Positions 1-10,474 of a DNA stretch of 64,000 nt are shown here, piece by piece. Made by a program: the position numbers and the translations under genes. Position 1 is the stretch's first letter. Every line of letters starts with the position of its first letter. The notes under the pieces were generated by a model. That model searched no databases. It had not been told where the DNA came from and worked only from the letters and a program-made list of their open reading frames with translations. Origin of the DNA: Planctomycetota bacterium. GTDB lineage: Bacteria; Planctomycetota; Planctomycetia; Planctomycetales; Planctomycetaceae. Where the stretch lies: the NCBI GenBank assembly GCA_052034165.1, contig JBPOIW010000061.1:19336-83335 (forward strand), in the 5' to 3' direction.

Positions 1-1190
1 AAGTTTGCTGGAGTGAATTCCATTGCCCACGCTCTCGCAATTTCCCCATGCAATTGTAGAAGATCTCTGTCGGCTTGGTACAACGCGAGTCGTTCCGCAA
101 TAGCGAAAGACGAATGCGATGGCACTTTCCAAGCGTCTATTGGCACAGGCACCCCCGTCATTGTTGTGACAATCACAGGCAGACCGCAGGCCATTGCCTC
201 AAGGGCCACAAAGCCAAAGGAATCCCCAAGACTGGGAAGCACCAACACATCATGGGCATGAAAGAACTCAGCCAGCTTGCTGCGCGGAACCCATGGAGTT
301 TCAGTGTAGTTTGACATTCTGGCACCGGCCCAGTCCCGAATCTCCTGATCGACACCTCCACAAAGCGTCAGCACACAACTTGACCCAAGGGAATCCACTG
401 CGTCCATCAGATAAGGTACGCCTTTCGCCAGGGAGGAACGCCCTGCGTACAAAACGCGAAGAGGTTTGCTCCTATTGAGTACGGCGAATTTTTCTGGAAT
501 CGCAAGAAAGCAGTCATCGACCCAAAGACTGTTAACAAACAATCGGGACTTCTCCACCCCAGACTTACCCAACGCTGTTCGCGCCAAGTCCGAGCAGACA
601 AAGACCAAATCTGCGAGATTCAGCTCTTCATGCCGTCTCCGAGCCATTCCGTCGCAACTCTTTGATCGCTCGACAGGTATGCCTAGTTCTGACCCTGCCA
701 GCAATCGGTTCTCCTCAAGCATGTCAGAAGGAATCCCAGGACAATCCAGAACACACTTCATCCCTGATTTCCGGGCGGCACGAAATACTTCAAGAGAGCA
801 TGTCTCTGCACCTACGAAGATTCTGGCTGAATGACGACCAAGTCGTTGCGCGACAGATTTTGCGAACATCGTATTTGATGAAAGATAAGTCTCCTGAGCG
901 CCTCGCCCTAGGGAACGCTGGATATTTCGGCTAAGAATTGGCCACGGAATTTCATGCAACCGTTCGAATGGCAATGCATCAAGGCCCAACGGACTGAACA
1001 TCGCTCCGCCGGCCCATCGGGATGGAAAACTTCCCCACTTGCCAGGGCGATCCACCATGGAGCAGTAAAACGCTTCCAGCTCGCCGATCTCGTGTGCAGC
1101 CAGTGCGAGCTGGAACATTTGATGAACGGCAATGTAGCCCAAAACAATCCCATGTGATTTCAAATTAACCCCTACTTGGTGGATGCACAT
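1..1190 (-). CDS. glycosyltransferase family 4 (GT-B fold), C-terminus cut by window edge
   Basis: Absent from the ORF track because it has no in-window stop. The minus-strand frame is open from ATG 1188-1190 down to base 1. My translation gives MCIHQVGVNLKSHGIVLGYIAV...RVLYAGRSSLAKGVPYLMDAV...HDVLVLPSLGDSFGFVALEAMACGLPVIVT, the classic GT1/GT4 C-terminal block. Confidence 0.75.
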   Translation of the reverse strand, partial: MCIHQVGVNLKSHGIVLGYIAVHQMFQLALAAHEIGELEAFYCSMVDRPGKWGSFPSRWAGGAMFSPLGLDALPFERLHEIPWPILSRNIQRSLGRGAQETYLSSNTMFAKSVAQRLGRHSARIFVGAETCSLEVFRAARKSGMKCVLDCPGIPSDMLEENRLLAGSELGIPVERSKSCDGMARRRHEELNLADLVFVCSDLARTALGKSGVEKSRLFVNSLWVDDCFLAIPEKFAVLNRSKPLRVLYAGRSSLAKGVPYLMDAVDSLGSSCVLTLCGGVDQEIRDWAGARMSNYTETPWVPRSKLAEFFHAHDVLVLPSLGDSFGFVALEAMACGLPVIVTTMTGVPVPIDAWKVPSHSSFAIAERLALYQADRDLLQLHGEIARAWAMEFTPAN

Positions 1191-1237
1191 TACACCAGCA
1201 TAGTCGTTAGTATTTTCAATACTCAATCAGAAACGAA

Positions 1238-2332
1238 TCACGAAGACGCGGCACGATGCTGCGTGACCCCAATTGTCTTTTGCGAATCGAGATAGACACT
1301 ATCCGCCACAAACTTCAGGGGCGGCAGATAGCCTGCGACGCCGGTCAGAGCTTGCGACGCTCGTAATACGGCCCTCCGCATCGGTGGCATCATGTGTGCG
1401 TCGGAAGCTTGCCATCCGATGCCGAAAAAGCAGTCAACGGAGACCGTTGTCGGACCAATGGCACGACTGAAAGTGCGTTGTAATTCCGACACTTTCCAAT
1501 ATCGCACTTCAAACCCCTGAGTATCCCGAAATCTGCGGCGAGCTTGGTTGTACAGACAACGAATTCCGTACCGTGTTGGCATCTGCACAAGTGAGTTTCC
1601 ACCCTCGGCCAAAACACGTCCGATCTCATCAAAGCATTGTCTTGCGTGCTCACAGCTCAAGTGTTGAAGGACGCTATAGGAATAGGCCTGATCAAATATT
1701 CCACTCTGAAATGGCAAATATCGGGCGTCACCGACGACGAATTCGGCCTCAACGTTAAGATCCCTGGCGACTCGTCGCGCGGCCATCACGGCGCCAAGCG
1801 ATGGGTCCAACCCGACCGGCTTGTAGCCTTTTCGGGCCGCTGCCACTGACCAGCGACCCCAACTGCAGCCAATGTCGAGCAGGTTTCTGCCATTGCCTTC
1901 AGGCAAACGAATTTCAGGAATCGGGTATTCATTAAGAGTTCCAATGAGATGTTTATACGCGATCCCATTCGTGGCCCCGACGAGGTAGGCGGCGACGGGA
2001 TCAATTACTGACCCACGGTTGGCTAATTCCTGAATACCCGCTTTTTCTTCTTCCGACAGCAAAACCGTGTCGAGATACAACGGACCGTCGGCAATCGTCG
2101 CGGTTCGGGCAAGTGAAATTGGAGGCAGCGCATGTGATGCACCCTCCGTGAGCATGATGGGGATGCCATCAATGACCGGGTAAAAATGTCCATGCGGACA
2201 CGTCAATCCAGTTCCAGGAGACGCCACCTGCGATAGAGAACATTTATCGACGGGACATACCAGCTTGTTCAGCAACGAAGCCTTAAGTTCCATTGCGACT
2301 CCCGGGACGATTCCACAAAAAAAATGCGACAA
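1238..2332 (-). CDS. Trm112-like zinc-ribbon domain fused to class I SAM-dependent methyltransferase
   Basis: The N-terminal segment LVCPVDKCSL...CPHGHFYPVIDGIPIML is followed by SAM motif I LLDIGCSWGRWS. The likely true start is MELKAS at 2293. Confidence 0.7.
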   Translation of the reverse strand: MSHFFCGIVPGVAMELKASLLNKLVCPVDKCSLSQVASPGTGLTCPHGHFYPVIDGIPIMLTEGASHALPPISLARTATIADGPLYLDTVLLSEEEKAGIQELANRGSVIDPVAAYLVGATNGIAYKHLIGTLNEYPIPEIRLPEGNGRNLLDIGCSWGRWSVAAARKGYKPVGLDPSLGAVMAARRVARDLNVEAEFVVGDARYLPFQSGIFDQAYSYSVLQHLSCEHARQCFDEIGRVLAEGGNSLVQMPTRYGIRCLYNQARRRFRDTQGFEVRYWKVSELQRTFSRAIGPTTVSVDCFFGIGWQASDAHMMPPMRRAVLRASQALTGVAGYLPPLKFVADSVYLDSQKTIGVTQHRAASS

Positions 2333-2735
2333 TCTCCACGTCGCTGTCTACCCTGAAGAAAGTGAGAATCATGTCCCTTTTTCAACCGTCGTTAACAGAT
2401 GGCCGCCAATTCTTTGATGCAGGAACTCACTTTCGCAGAGTCGGAACACAACGCACCCCGCAGTTACAGAACAGCAAACGCACAAAAAGTGCTGCATACT
2501 TTAAGAATGTCCGTGTGCGCAGTCACTTAAGACCGTCGCGCTCCTCAAAACAACGAGCGAGAAATGCGTAATGTACAGGCTATACGATTGAACGCCCAAC
2601 CATTCTCACGAGGCTGGCTGGCTAGCCAGTTTGTAGGCCCAGACCAGAGGAGCCCGCGACCGTGGCCAACGATCACATAGACAGCCAGTAGTCCACGGAG
2701 TGAATCAAGCCCTCTCAAATTGATTCCGGCAGTAT

Positions 2736-3629
2736 TCATGCGGACTTCGGATGCCGCCGGAGCTGAAGATAGGAACGCACCGAAGACAACGGTACAACCT
2801 TACGGAATTTTCGATGTTGCCAGAGATGGCGTGGAATCAAGGTCAGGCCCCGAAGTATACCGGCAGAACGTCCATTCCGAAGGAGCCACTGCAGTCGATT
2901 CAGCAATTGGGCGAGACCATAAGGCCAAAGGCTTAAGGGATATCGCAAAAAAACGAGCAACGCGATATTTGCCAAACTCATTGCGGTCACCCTCGGATCA
3001 GAATGCCGAACCAAATCGGTATCGTGGAACACGCGCAGCCATTTCGAATACAAAACTCTTCCACCAACGGCATGCAACCTAAGCCCCAAGTCGACTTCTT
3101 CCATTCCATAAGCAACCGGCAATGGGACATATCCAGAAGTCTTCGAAAAATGATCACGGCGATAGGCAGAGGCACCTCCGCAAAAATCAGCGGTCCACAA
3201 ATCCACGCGTTTAGCGGGAGTTAACGTCTCTCCCTGATGAAACACCTGCGCATTAATCACTGAAGCATCTGGATGCTCTTGAAATAGAGTGTTCAGCCGC
3301 TTGAAGAAATCGCCATCGATCGGACGCGAATCGTCATCAAAACTTGCTACTATATCGTTATTGGCAAACTCGATCATTTTGTTTCGACCGCCACCTGGCC
3401 CGATATTTGTTTCGGTGACCATCACATGCACGTTCGGAAACATCTGACGGATTCGAGCCGCGTTCTGGACTTGACCTCCATCAAAATGTACCACTATCTG
3501 ACTGGGGGCTGGCCGACAGGCCTCCAGGCACTGAAGTGTATCTATTGTCTCATCCATGCGTTGAAATGCTGCAACCATCGCAGAGATAGGCAAAACATCG
3601 GAAAGCGGGCTTTCGACTTCGAGACTCAC
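2736..3629 (-). CDS. glycosyltransferase family 2
   Basis: 297 aa with a GT-A layout and the acidic DxD-type block IVASFDDDSRPIDGDFF. It sits in a glycan gene cluster. Confidence 0.7.
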   Translation of the reverse strand: MSLEVESPLSDVLPISAMVAAFQRMDETIDTLQCLEACRPAPSQIVVHFDGGQVQNAARIRQMFPNVHVMVTETNIGPGGGRNKMIEFANNDIVASFDDDSRPIDGDFFKRLNTLFQEHPDASVINAQVFHQGETLTPAKRVDLWTADFCGGASAYRRDHFSKTSGYVPLPVAYGMEEVDLGLRLHAVGGRVLYSKWLRVFHDTDLVRHSDPRVTAMSLANIALLVFLRYPLSLWPYGLAQLLNRLQWLLRNGRSAGILRGLTLIPRHLWQHRKFRKVVPLSSVRSYLQLRRHPKSA

Positions 3630-3721
3630 AATAATGGCTTCAATTCAATGCGGTATCTGAATAATGGTACTACTTTAGAGACCGAGTATCCAAACTTACG
3701 TCGAGTCAAATCTAAAGAGCG

Positions 3722-4546
3722 TCAAATGACTGCATACCCCGTTAGATCAATGAACTGTTTTATGTCCCTGACGGCAATGAGATTGTCGTATTGTGGTGGA
3801 TCAAACGCAGTATCCACTCTCGTAACGCTTTCAGTATCGACATGGCGTAACAAAGTGAATCCTGCAATAGCGATCATCTCAAGAAGTTCTTTTGTCGTGT
3901 AGCCAAACCATCCAAAATGAGTCGCACAGACTTCGAAATAGATGCACTCGGTTCGTCCTATGACTTCCGGGCCGCCCTCAAATACGAATTTTTCAAACCC
4001 TTCCACATCCACCTTCAGCAAAGCGATTGCGGGCGATCGCGGCACAAGATCATCCAGCCGGGCGACCTTGACTTCCAAGTCCCCGCCACCGACTCGATTC
4101 ATGTCATCACGACGGTCATCGGAAAAGCGAACCACACCCGCTTCGGCTCCGACAGCTGAATGGATCAATGTTACATTCTCAGCTTGGTTAATTTTGATGT
4201 TCTCTGTCAGAAACTCGAACGTCCGTGGATGAGCTTCAATCCCGGTCACGTTACCCTGATTGCCCACAATCAAGGACTCAACCAAGACGGTATCGCCTAT
4301 GTTCGCCCCTACGTCAATCACCGTGTCGCCAGCTTTCAGATAGCGGCGAAAGAAGGCGAGAGATTCCTCTCGAAAACTAGGATCTATCCAGAGTTGTGAC
4401 GACAAATTCGCCCGATGAAACCGAAGCCGATATCCATCCTGCTGAATCGATAGCCAGCGGCACAAGCCTGTCGCCATCAGAATCCTTGCGATGACAAAAC
4501 GGAATGGGTGCTTATGTTTTGAAAGAATCTGAAAGTATCTAAACAC
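3722..4546 (-). CDS. FkbM family methyltransferase
   Basis: VIDVGANIGDTVL glycine-rich motif, with the length and layout typical of FkbM-type SAM methyltransferases. Confidence 0.75.
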   Translation of the reverse strand: MFRYFQILSKHKHPFRFVIARILMATGLCRWLSIQQDGYRLRFHRANLSSQLWIDPSFREESLAFFRRYLKAGDTVIDVGANIGDTVLVESLIVGNQGNVTGIEAHPRTFEFLTENIKINQAENVTLIHSAVGAEAGVVRFSDDRRDDMNRVGGGDLEVKVARLDDLVPRSPAIALLKVDVEGFEKFVFEGGPEVIGRTECIYFEVCATHFGWFGYTTKELLEMIAIAGFTLLRHVDTESVTRVDTAFDPPQYDNLIAVRDIKQFIDLTGYAVI

Positions 4547-4556
4547 AGCGGCAGTA

Positions 4557-5534
4557 TTACCCAGCGGAAAGTAAGATTCGGGAAACGGCCTTTAGGCGAC
4601 CGACAGTCAGTGCAATCCACGGCTTGATCCGAAATCGACGAATTCCACCCAAAAGACTGCTGGTCGATTCGACGGTGAAATACAGGAGTACAAAGCCCAA
4701 CGAGGACATCGCGGAACGTCTCTGTGTACGTTTCATAACAAGATAGCGATTGTAAAGGTCATCTTCTGCGGCCACAGCCGGAGTAACACGGCCGGAAGGA
4801 GCGTGAAAATGTCCAAGCCGGGCAGTCGGACAAAAAACGATTCGCCCAATCTTTGACAACTTCAGCCCAAGATCGACATCTTCATTCATTGTGCAGCGAT
4901 GCAGGAAGAAGTCTGAAAATCCACCAACCTGATCATAGGCCGATCGGCGTATGAGGCTCATGCCAGCACCCAGCCACTCCATGCTTGTCGCGGACTTTTG
5001 AGATTCTGTAAATCCATACCGAAGAAGTGGGCCAATAACTCGTCCCTGCCATGCCCCTTCTGGAATTCGACAGAAGTAGCGCAGGTAAAAGCGCCAGGCA
5101 CGGGTAGGCATTGACCACGCCTGATTGTTGAATGTTGCACAGACTGCGACCGCAGAAGGCATCTCGTCTATCGCCCAAAGCATTTGCTCTAAGCAATCAG
5201 CTTCTAGGACCACATCGTCGTCCAGCAAAAGCAACATCTCGCCAAGAGACGCCTGGATCGCCATTCGACGTTGCCGAACAGCGTTGGGAACAGGAACTGC
5301 GATTCGACGAATCGGAATCTCACGATGCTGCCTACAAAAACATTCCAGTGATTCCTCTACGGCGGCATCGGCACTGCCATCGGCGACAATAATTTCGTCC
5401 GGCCGTCGAGATTGGGCAAAAAGCGATTCCAACAGATTGGCCAGCGACTCCGGCCGACCAATCGTTGGTACAATCACGACCACCTTGGCCATTGGCATAC
5501 CCTTACAGACTTGAGGTGAAGTCCACTCAATCAT
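4557..5534 (-). CDS. glycosyltransferase family 2
   Basis: VVIVPTIGRPESLANLLESL near the N-terminus and LLLLDDDVVLE (DxD). The start is possibly at the internal MPMAK/MAK (about 5492-5498). Confidence 0.75.
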   Translation of the reverse strand: MIEWTSPQVCKGMPMAKVVVIVPTIGRPESLANLLESLFAQSRRPDEIIVADGSADAAVEESLECFCRQHREIPIRRIAVPVPNAVRQRRMAIQASLGEMLLLLDDDVVLEADCLEQMLWAIDEMPSAVAVCATFNNQAWSMPTRAWRFYLRYFCRIPEGAWQGRVIGPLLRYGFTESQKSATSMEWLGAGMSLIRRSAYDQVGGFSDFFLHRCTMNEDVDLGLKLSKIGRIVFCPTARLGHFHAPSGRVTPAVAAEDDLYNRYLVMKRTQRRSAMSSLGFVLLYFTVESTSSLLGGIRRFRIKPWIALTVGRLKAVSRILLSAG

Positions 5535-5668
5535 TGAGAATGCCGAGACTTATTGGATTGCTATTCAAAGAATACCCGATCAACACACAACTTCTCTCAA
5601 TAACAATCTCTTGGCCTAGAAAACTCGGGACAAGAACTAACATCAACGCTTTGAATCCGGTGACCTTA

Positions 5669-6868
5669 TCAAGACTCCAGAATGCGTGAAAGCTCAAGTA
5701 CGATTCGTTCCCCAGCGTGACCATCCCATTTCTCCGGAACAGCACCAGACTTCCATCGACCGGAGAACAATATTTCCAAAGCGTCGATAATTGCATCAGG
5801 ATCGGTGCCCAAGAGCTCATTTGTTCCGACAGTAACTGTCTCTGGTCGTTCTGTCGAATCTCTTAGTGTCATGCACGGCACACCCAGCACCGTGGTTTCT
5901 TCAGTAATTCCGCCCGAATCTGTTATAACGGCCCGCGCATTCTTCACCAAATAGTTGAATTCCAAGTAAGGCTGTGGGCCAATTATATGTAGACTCTTCG
6001 GCAGTTTCCGTACGGATTCAAGAGTCTTAAGTGTGCGAGGGTGCACTGGAAAAACCACTGGCACGCCACGACTTGCAATTTCAAGCGCACGCAAAAACTT
6101 CTGAAACCACTCCGGCCGATCCACGTTCGCTGGGCGATGAAGTGTCAACACCAAATACTGCTGCGGCTGCAAACCTAAATCATTCCAGCATGCAGGCGGC
6201 CTAAATCGCTCAACATTCGACAATAACGTATCGATCATCGTATTTCCTACAAAGAAAATGCGATTGTCTGCTATTCCCGCCGCTCGCAGATTCTGATTTG
6301 CAACTTCACTAGTCGTAAAGAAATAATCAGTAATTGCGTCCGTCACTAGACGATTAATCTCCTCGGGCATTGTGCGATCGCCGGAACGAATCCCAGCCTC
6401 AACATGGGCTACTGGTGTATTCATCTTCTTTGCAACAATAGCGCAAGCCATCGTGGAGGTTACGTCGCCCACCACAAGACATAAACTCGCCGGGGCCTCA
6501 GTAAGTAACTTCTCGTACGCAACCATAATCCCTGCTGTTTGGTATGCTTGCGACCCTGAACCCACCGAAAGATTCACCTGCGGTTGCGGAATCTTGAGCT
6601 GTTCAAAAAAATCGCCGGACATTGCTTTATCATAATGTTGCCCGGTATGAACAAGTCGATATGTCAACTTGTGCGAAATCTTTTTTGATAGCTCGATGGC
6701 GTGAATGATCGGCGCAACCTTCATAAAATTTGGCCGGGCACCAACTATTATATCAATGCAGTTCACAACCGATCCTCTCAGCAATTCACGACGATGGAAC
6801 TCGGGCTTCAAGCGAAACGCCCAATTCACATTGAATCTCGCAAGACACTTGGATCGCCGCTCAGTCAA
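5669..6868 (-). CDS. wecB: UDP-N-acetylglucosamine 2-epimerase (non-hydrolysing)
   Basis: Conserved blocks VGARPNFMKVAPI, HTGQHYD, VVGDVTST, HVEAGIRSGDRTMPEEINR, GNTMIDTL, HRPANVD and DSGGITEE. Confidence 0.9.
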   Translation of the reverse strand: MTERRSKCLARFNVNWAFRLKPEFHRRELLRGSVVNCIDIIVGARPNFMKVAPIIHAIELSKKISHKLTYRLVHTGQHYDKAMSGDFFEQLKIPQPQVNLSVGSGSQAYQTAGIMVAYEKLLTEAPASLCLVVGDVTSTMACAIVAKKMNTPVAHVEAGIRSGDRTMPEEINRLVTDAITDYFFTTSEVANQNLRAAGIADNRIFFVGNTMIDTLLSNVERFRPPACWNDLGLQPQQYLVLTLHRPANVDRPEWFQKFLRALEIASRGVPVVFPVHPRTLKTLESVRKLPKSLHIIGPQPYLEFNYLVKNARAVITDSGGITEETTVLGVPCMTLRDSTERPETVTVGTNELLGTDPDAIIDALEILFSGRWKSGAVPEKWDGHAGERIVLELSRILES

Positions 6869-7026
6869 TTATTAGCGCCACAAATCCATGAACTGTGGGA
6901 AGCTGCGATTCATCGCAAGGTTCTAGGGCAATACGGGAAACATAAGCCAACGCAACGGCTCTAAGTTCCTGCGAGAGCTAATTTTAAAGACTTGAAGAAC
7001 TCAATAACAATTTCAACAGAATTGCC

Positions 7027-8382
7027 CTATGGTCGGTATCGCAGGACGGTACTTCGAACTATACGAGCAAGTTGCGCTGTACATTCACGCCGGTGAAAGC
7101 GACCCACATAATCTCGGTCAATCGAAACAGTTTTCTCGCGATAGATCAACTTTGCGAGTTGCTCTGCGGCGTTTTGGGGATCGTCGGGATCGCAGTCTAC
7201 CGACAACCCTGACTCCGTAAGAATAACTTTCTGAGCTCCTTCCGCTACGAATGCGATAATCGGCTTCTCAAGCATGAAATACTCAAAAGTCTTGCTGGCA
7301 ATACTATAGTCAGCGCCACCTACAATTTTTGATGAGGTAATAAGCAATGCGTCACACTGCTTCTGAAACTTTAAGACCGCCGCATGGTGCAGTCTTCCCA
7401 CGAATTCAACAACCCCTTGCAATCCAAATTCATTGATCTGATCGTCAATCCATGGCGGCTTTGTCCCCGCAAATTTGATGCGCACGCGCTGGCGAAGCTC
7501 TGGACAGGCAAGGAACAACTGGTTGATCGCCCGGAAAAAGAAATACGGGGAACGGTATAGCCAATCTTCCTTTCGAGGCACGTATTGAATCATGTGCCTA
7601 ACCCGCTTCTTCCACCACGGAGCCATCATCGTCTCTCGGCCATCTGGTGAATAATAGAAGCCTCCGACATAACCAATCGTGAACAACGATTTGTCCGGCC
7701 CTGTGGAGTCGTCTAATCCTGCACTATATTCATTATCGTAGCCATTATAAACTACGGAAATTTTGTCGGGAGAAATGCATTTATGGACTTGTAGGAGATC
7801 TAACCGCGTTTGCGGCGAGGTAGTGACAATATGATCGGCTTGCTGCAGGCACTTTCGCTCCAATCGTAATGTAGCATAATAGTGCAACCAACTCTTGTAA
7901 GGCAGCACTCGCCACTGCGACCATGCATCACGGAAGTCGAGGACCAGCGGAATACTGAATCGCTTTGACAGTTTGCACCACAAAGGTCCCATGAAAAATG
8001 GCGGCATGGTTGCATAAATAGCGTCCGGGCGCCGTTCACGAACTAACGTTTCTACAACAGATAACAGCGGCTTTTCCCAATCCGGACCAAATCGCTGCTC
8101 TAGCACTCGGAAATATCCAGCAAATCTATTCCACCGCCCACGGAAGTAACCATGTATCTGCTTTTGACACGAAATTCGCTCTATACTTACAAATGAACTC
8201 AATGAACTTAGAAGTGAATCATCAAACGGCTCCAGGTCAAGATCTACATAGCTTTCCCTATCAGTAGTAACTACGATCGGCGAGATGCCAAATTCAGGAA
8301 GGTAATTCACAAATCCCAATGGACGCCTCACCCCGGCCGACGCGAGGGGGGGGAATTCGAAGGCAGACACGAGAAGTTTCAT
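7027..8382 (-). CDS. glycosyltransferase (GT-B, family 1/4-like)
   Basis: 451 aa. The N-terminus MKLLVSAFEFPPLASAGVRRP is typical of GT4, and the C-terminal half has LLITSS...SKTFEYFMLEKPIIAF. Confidence 0.65.
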   Translation of the reverse strand: MKLLVSAFEFPPLASAGVRRPLGFVNYLPEFGISPIVVTTDRESYVDLDLEPFDDSLLSSLSSFVSIERISCQKQIHGYFRGRWNRFAGYFRVLEQRFGPDWEKPLLSVVETLVRERRPDAIYATMPPFFMGPLWCKLSKRFSIPLVLDFRDAWSQWRVLPYKSWLHYYATLRLERKCLQQADHIVTTSPQTRLDLLQVHKCISPDKISVVYNGYDNEYSAGLDDSTGPDKSLFTIGYVGGFYYSPDGRETMMAPWWKKRVRHMIQYVPRKEDWLYRSPYFFFRAINQLFLACPELRQRVRIKFAGTKPPWIDDQINEFGLQGVVEFVGRLHHAAVLKFQKQCDALLITSSKIVGGADYSIASKTFEYFMLEKPIIAFVAEGAQKVILTESGLSVDCDPDDPQNAAEQLAKLIYREKTVSIDRDYVGRFHRRECTAQLARIVRSTVLRYRP

Positions 8383-8455
8383 AACTCATTCGCGATTTAC
8401 TTGAAGGATAGACTTCACGAGGAGCCGGGCCGAAACGCCCGCTGCGTCACGCAAT

Positions 8456-9244
8456 TCAATTCGCAGTATCGAGAGCAACTGGCATTGGCGATTCGCCCTT
8501 GGGGAAATAGAGTACAGACAAACCCTTCTCAACTGGCAACAGGGTGTGTGCCAACACAGGGTAATTTCGAGTCGCCAATCTAATTACATCCTTTTCATAT
8601 TCCCTGTTCGCATCATCCAAATAGATCTTTCCGCCGGGACTAAGATGTTCTATTGACCATTTGAGCGGCACGAATCGAGTAAACTTGCCATTGTGCCAGA
8701 TTGGCCCATCAACCAATGCCAAATTGATCGTTTCGTTTGGAAGCCCAGACAGGTCGTACGACGCACAACTCTCCACTTTTTCCAAGCCATTGAATTCATG
8801 CGTGGTTAGTGGAACCGTGCGAACGTCAACTACCTCCCCGAGTTCATATCTATCAAGTTGCGAGCGCAGTTTATCCGCGTAATCGGCATCATGTTCGATT
8901 GTCACTAATCGCCCTGCCCTTTGGCTCTTGAAAAACATACCGAACACGATTGTCGATTGCCCTGAACCAAACTCCATCATGAGCGGACTCGCATGATCTC
9001 GCAGTTCTCCGAGTATTATCGCAATGGCATCGGGGCTTAGTGCCCATCCTCGCAGTGGCTTCACGGCGGGATTTCCAGACATTACAGACTGAATACTAAG
9101 CAGTCCTTCAATTTGTCGGTACAAATTTTCAAGATCGTGTCGGCGTGCGCAATCTCCAAGTAACCGATTACGCATCCAATGAATGATTCGCTTCATAAAC
9201 GCAGAATTCTCCGACAACGCTTCATCGCGTGCCAATTTATTCAA
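8456..9244 (-). CDS. class I SAM-dependent methyltransferase-like protein
   Basis: LMMEFGSGQSTIVFG (motif I-like) followed by LVTIEHDADYADKL. The family assignment is tentative. Confidence 0.5.
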   Translation of the reverse strand: MNKLARDEALSENSAFMKRIIHWMRNRLLGDCARRHDLENLYRQIEGLLSIQSVMSGNPAVKPLRGWALSPDAIAIILGELRDHASPLMMEFGSGQSTIVFGMFFKSQRAGRLVTIEHDADYADKLRSQLDRYELGEVVDVRTVPLTTHEFNGLEKVESCASYDLSGLPNETINLALVDGPIWHNGKFTRFVPLKWSIEHLSPGGKIYLDDANREYEKDVIRLATRNYPVLAHTLLPVEKGLSVLYFPKGESPMPVALDTAN

Positions 9245-9304
9245 CCGTACGCCCCGTTGCGGAGCGTGAAAAACACTTGATAATCAGTACCTGCTGCATC
9301 ACAT

Positions 9305-10474
9305 TCAACTTTGACTGACACTTCGCTCCAGCCAACTGAGCAACTGCCTTGAGGTATTCGAGAGTGAATAGAACTGTTCAAAGGCGCGAAATGCGTTTGT
9401 TCTATAGTAATCGTACTTTTCAGCAATGCGCATGATGGCCTCTGGCAACTCTGCAAAGGACGTAATTAATTCACAACAATCCATCGATGATTTCAGGAAT
9501 CGGTAGTCGCAATTATCGAACGCAACAAACGGAATCCCACATTTTGTGTACCGGGCGATTTTTTCGGATGAGAAAGCCGTGGTACGGTTATTGGCATCAC
9601 CTTGTGGGTACAGTGCGATTCCGATCTGAGATCTCGCTATGACATTGTCAAGCTCATCAAACGGAACGGGCGTTCTATCGACAATGAAGCGACCATCCGA
9701 GGCCGAGTCGAGTTTCAGGCATCCTCGCCCCCCCCGAACTCTGACCGTCATGTTTCGGGGCAGAAATCGCGACGTTTTTCTCAGTTCATCAATTAACTCC
9801 GCTGACCAGAGTCCGCCGTAAAACAGAACGTCAAAATCACGACCATTCTTAAATTGGTCGATTCTGGTGCCCGAGCATGCGACTGGAAAGTAGATTGATC
9901 TTTCGCGGTCGTAGTTTGCGACCGACGTTAGGAAGAGATCTTCACGAAAGCGGTCTTGTATCATCAGCGCTGCTAATCGCGGAAGTGCATTGCGTTCAAA
10001 TTCGACGAAGCTTCTGTATTCAGAGTTGAACTGAAACAGAGGATGGCTCTCTTCAATTACCTCAAGGCTATAGTGGATAATGCGATCATATTTCTCTGGA
10101 AACGCTTTGCATGCCAAATAGAGCGACGGCGAGTCAACTGCGAATACAAAGTCAAACTTCAAGCCATCCACGCTTCTTTCTAAGTGCCGTATCTTGCGGT
10201 TCGAGATCCGCCTACGTCCAGCACTTAGCCGAAGTAGCGTAGAAATTTGCGTCCAAACTCTCTGCCAAATTCGGGGTCGATCTATGAATGTGTGACATGG
10301 TATGCCTCGATTTCCTAAATCGACCTTTAGGCTAGCGTAAAGAGGTTCCACATCCTGCAAATCCGTATGCAGCACTGTAACATGATTCCCAGCGTCACGT
10401 AGCAGCACCGCAAGTTGATGGACATAGAAGAAGAAATCACCATCACGCACGATCAGGATACGCTTAGATTTCAT
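9305..10474 (-). CDS. hypothetical protein, possible GT-B glycosyltransferase
   Basis: 389-aa ORF whose start overlaps the stop of the upstream DegT-type gene (10471..11592) by 4 nt. The N-terminus KRILIVRDGDFFFYVHQLAVLLRDAGNHVTVLH looks Rossmann-like. No firm motif found. Confidence 0.45.
   Translation of the reverse strand: MKSKRILIVRDGDFFFYVHQLAVLLRDAGNHVTVLHTDLQDVEPLYASLKVDLGNRGIPCHTFIDRPRIWQRVWTQISTLLRLSAGRRRISNRKIRHLERSVDGLKFDFVFAVDSPSLYLACKAFPEKYDRIIHYSLEVIEESHPLFQFNSEYRSFVEFERNALPRLAALMIQDRFREDLFLTSVANYDRERSIYFPVACSGTRIDQFKNGRDFDVLFYGGLWSAELIDELRKTSRFLPRNMTVRVRGGRGCLKLDSASDGRFIVDRTPVPFDELDNVIARSQIGIALYPQGDANNRTTAFSSEKIARYTKCGIPFVAFDNCDYRFLKSSMDCCELITSFAELPEAIMRIAEKYDYYRTNAFRAFEQFYSLSNTSRQLLSWLERSVSQS

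Noticed and set aside
13-1157. Nine short track ORFs in 13..1157 on both strands
   Set aside because: All are out-of-frame or antisense shadows of the single open GT4 frame (1..1190, minus strand) that the track omitted because it lacks an in-window stop.
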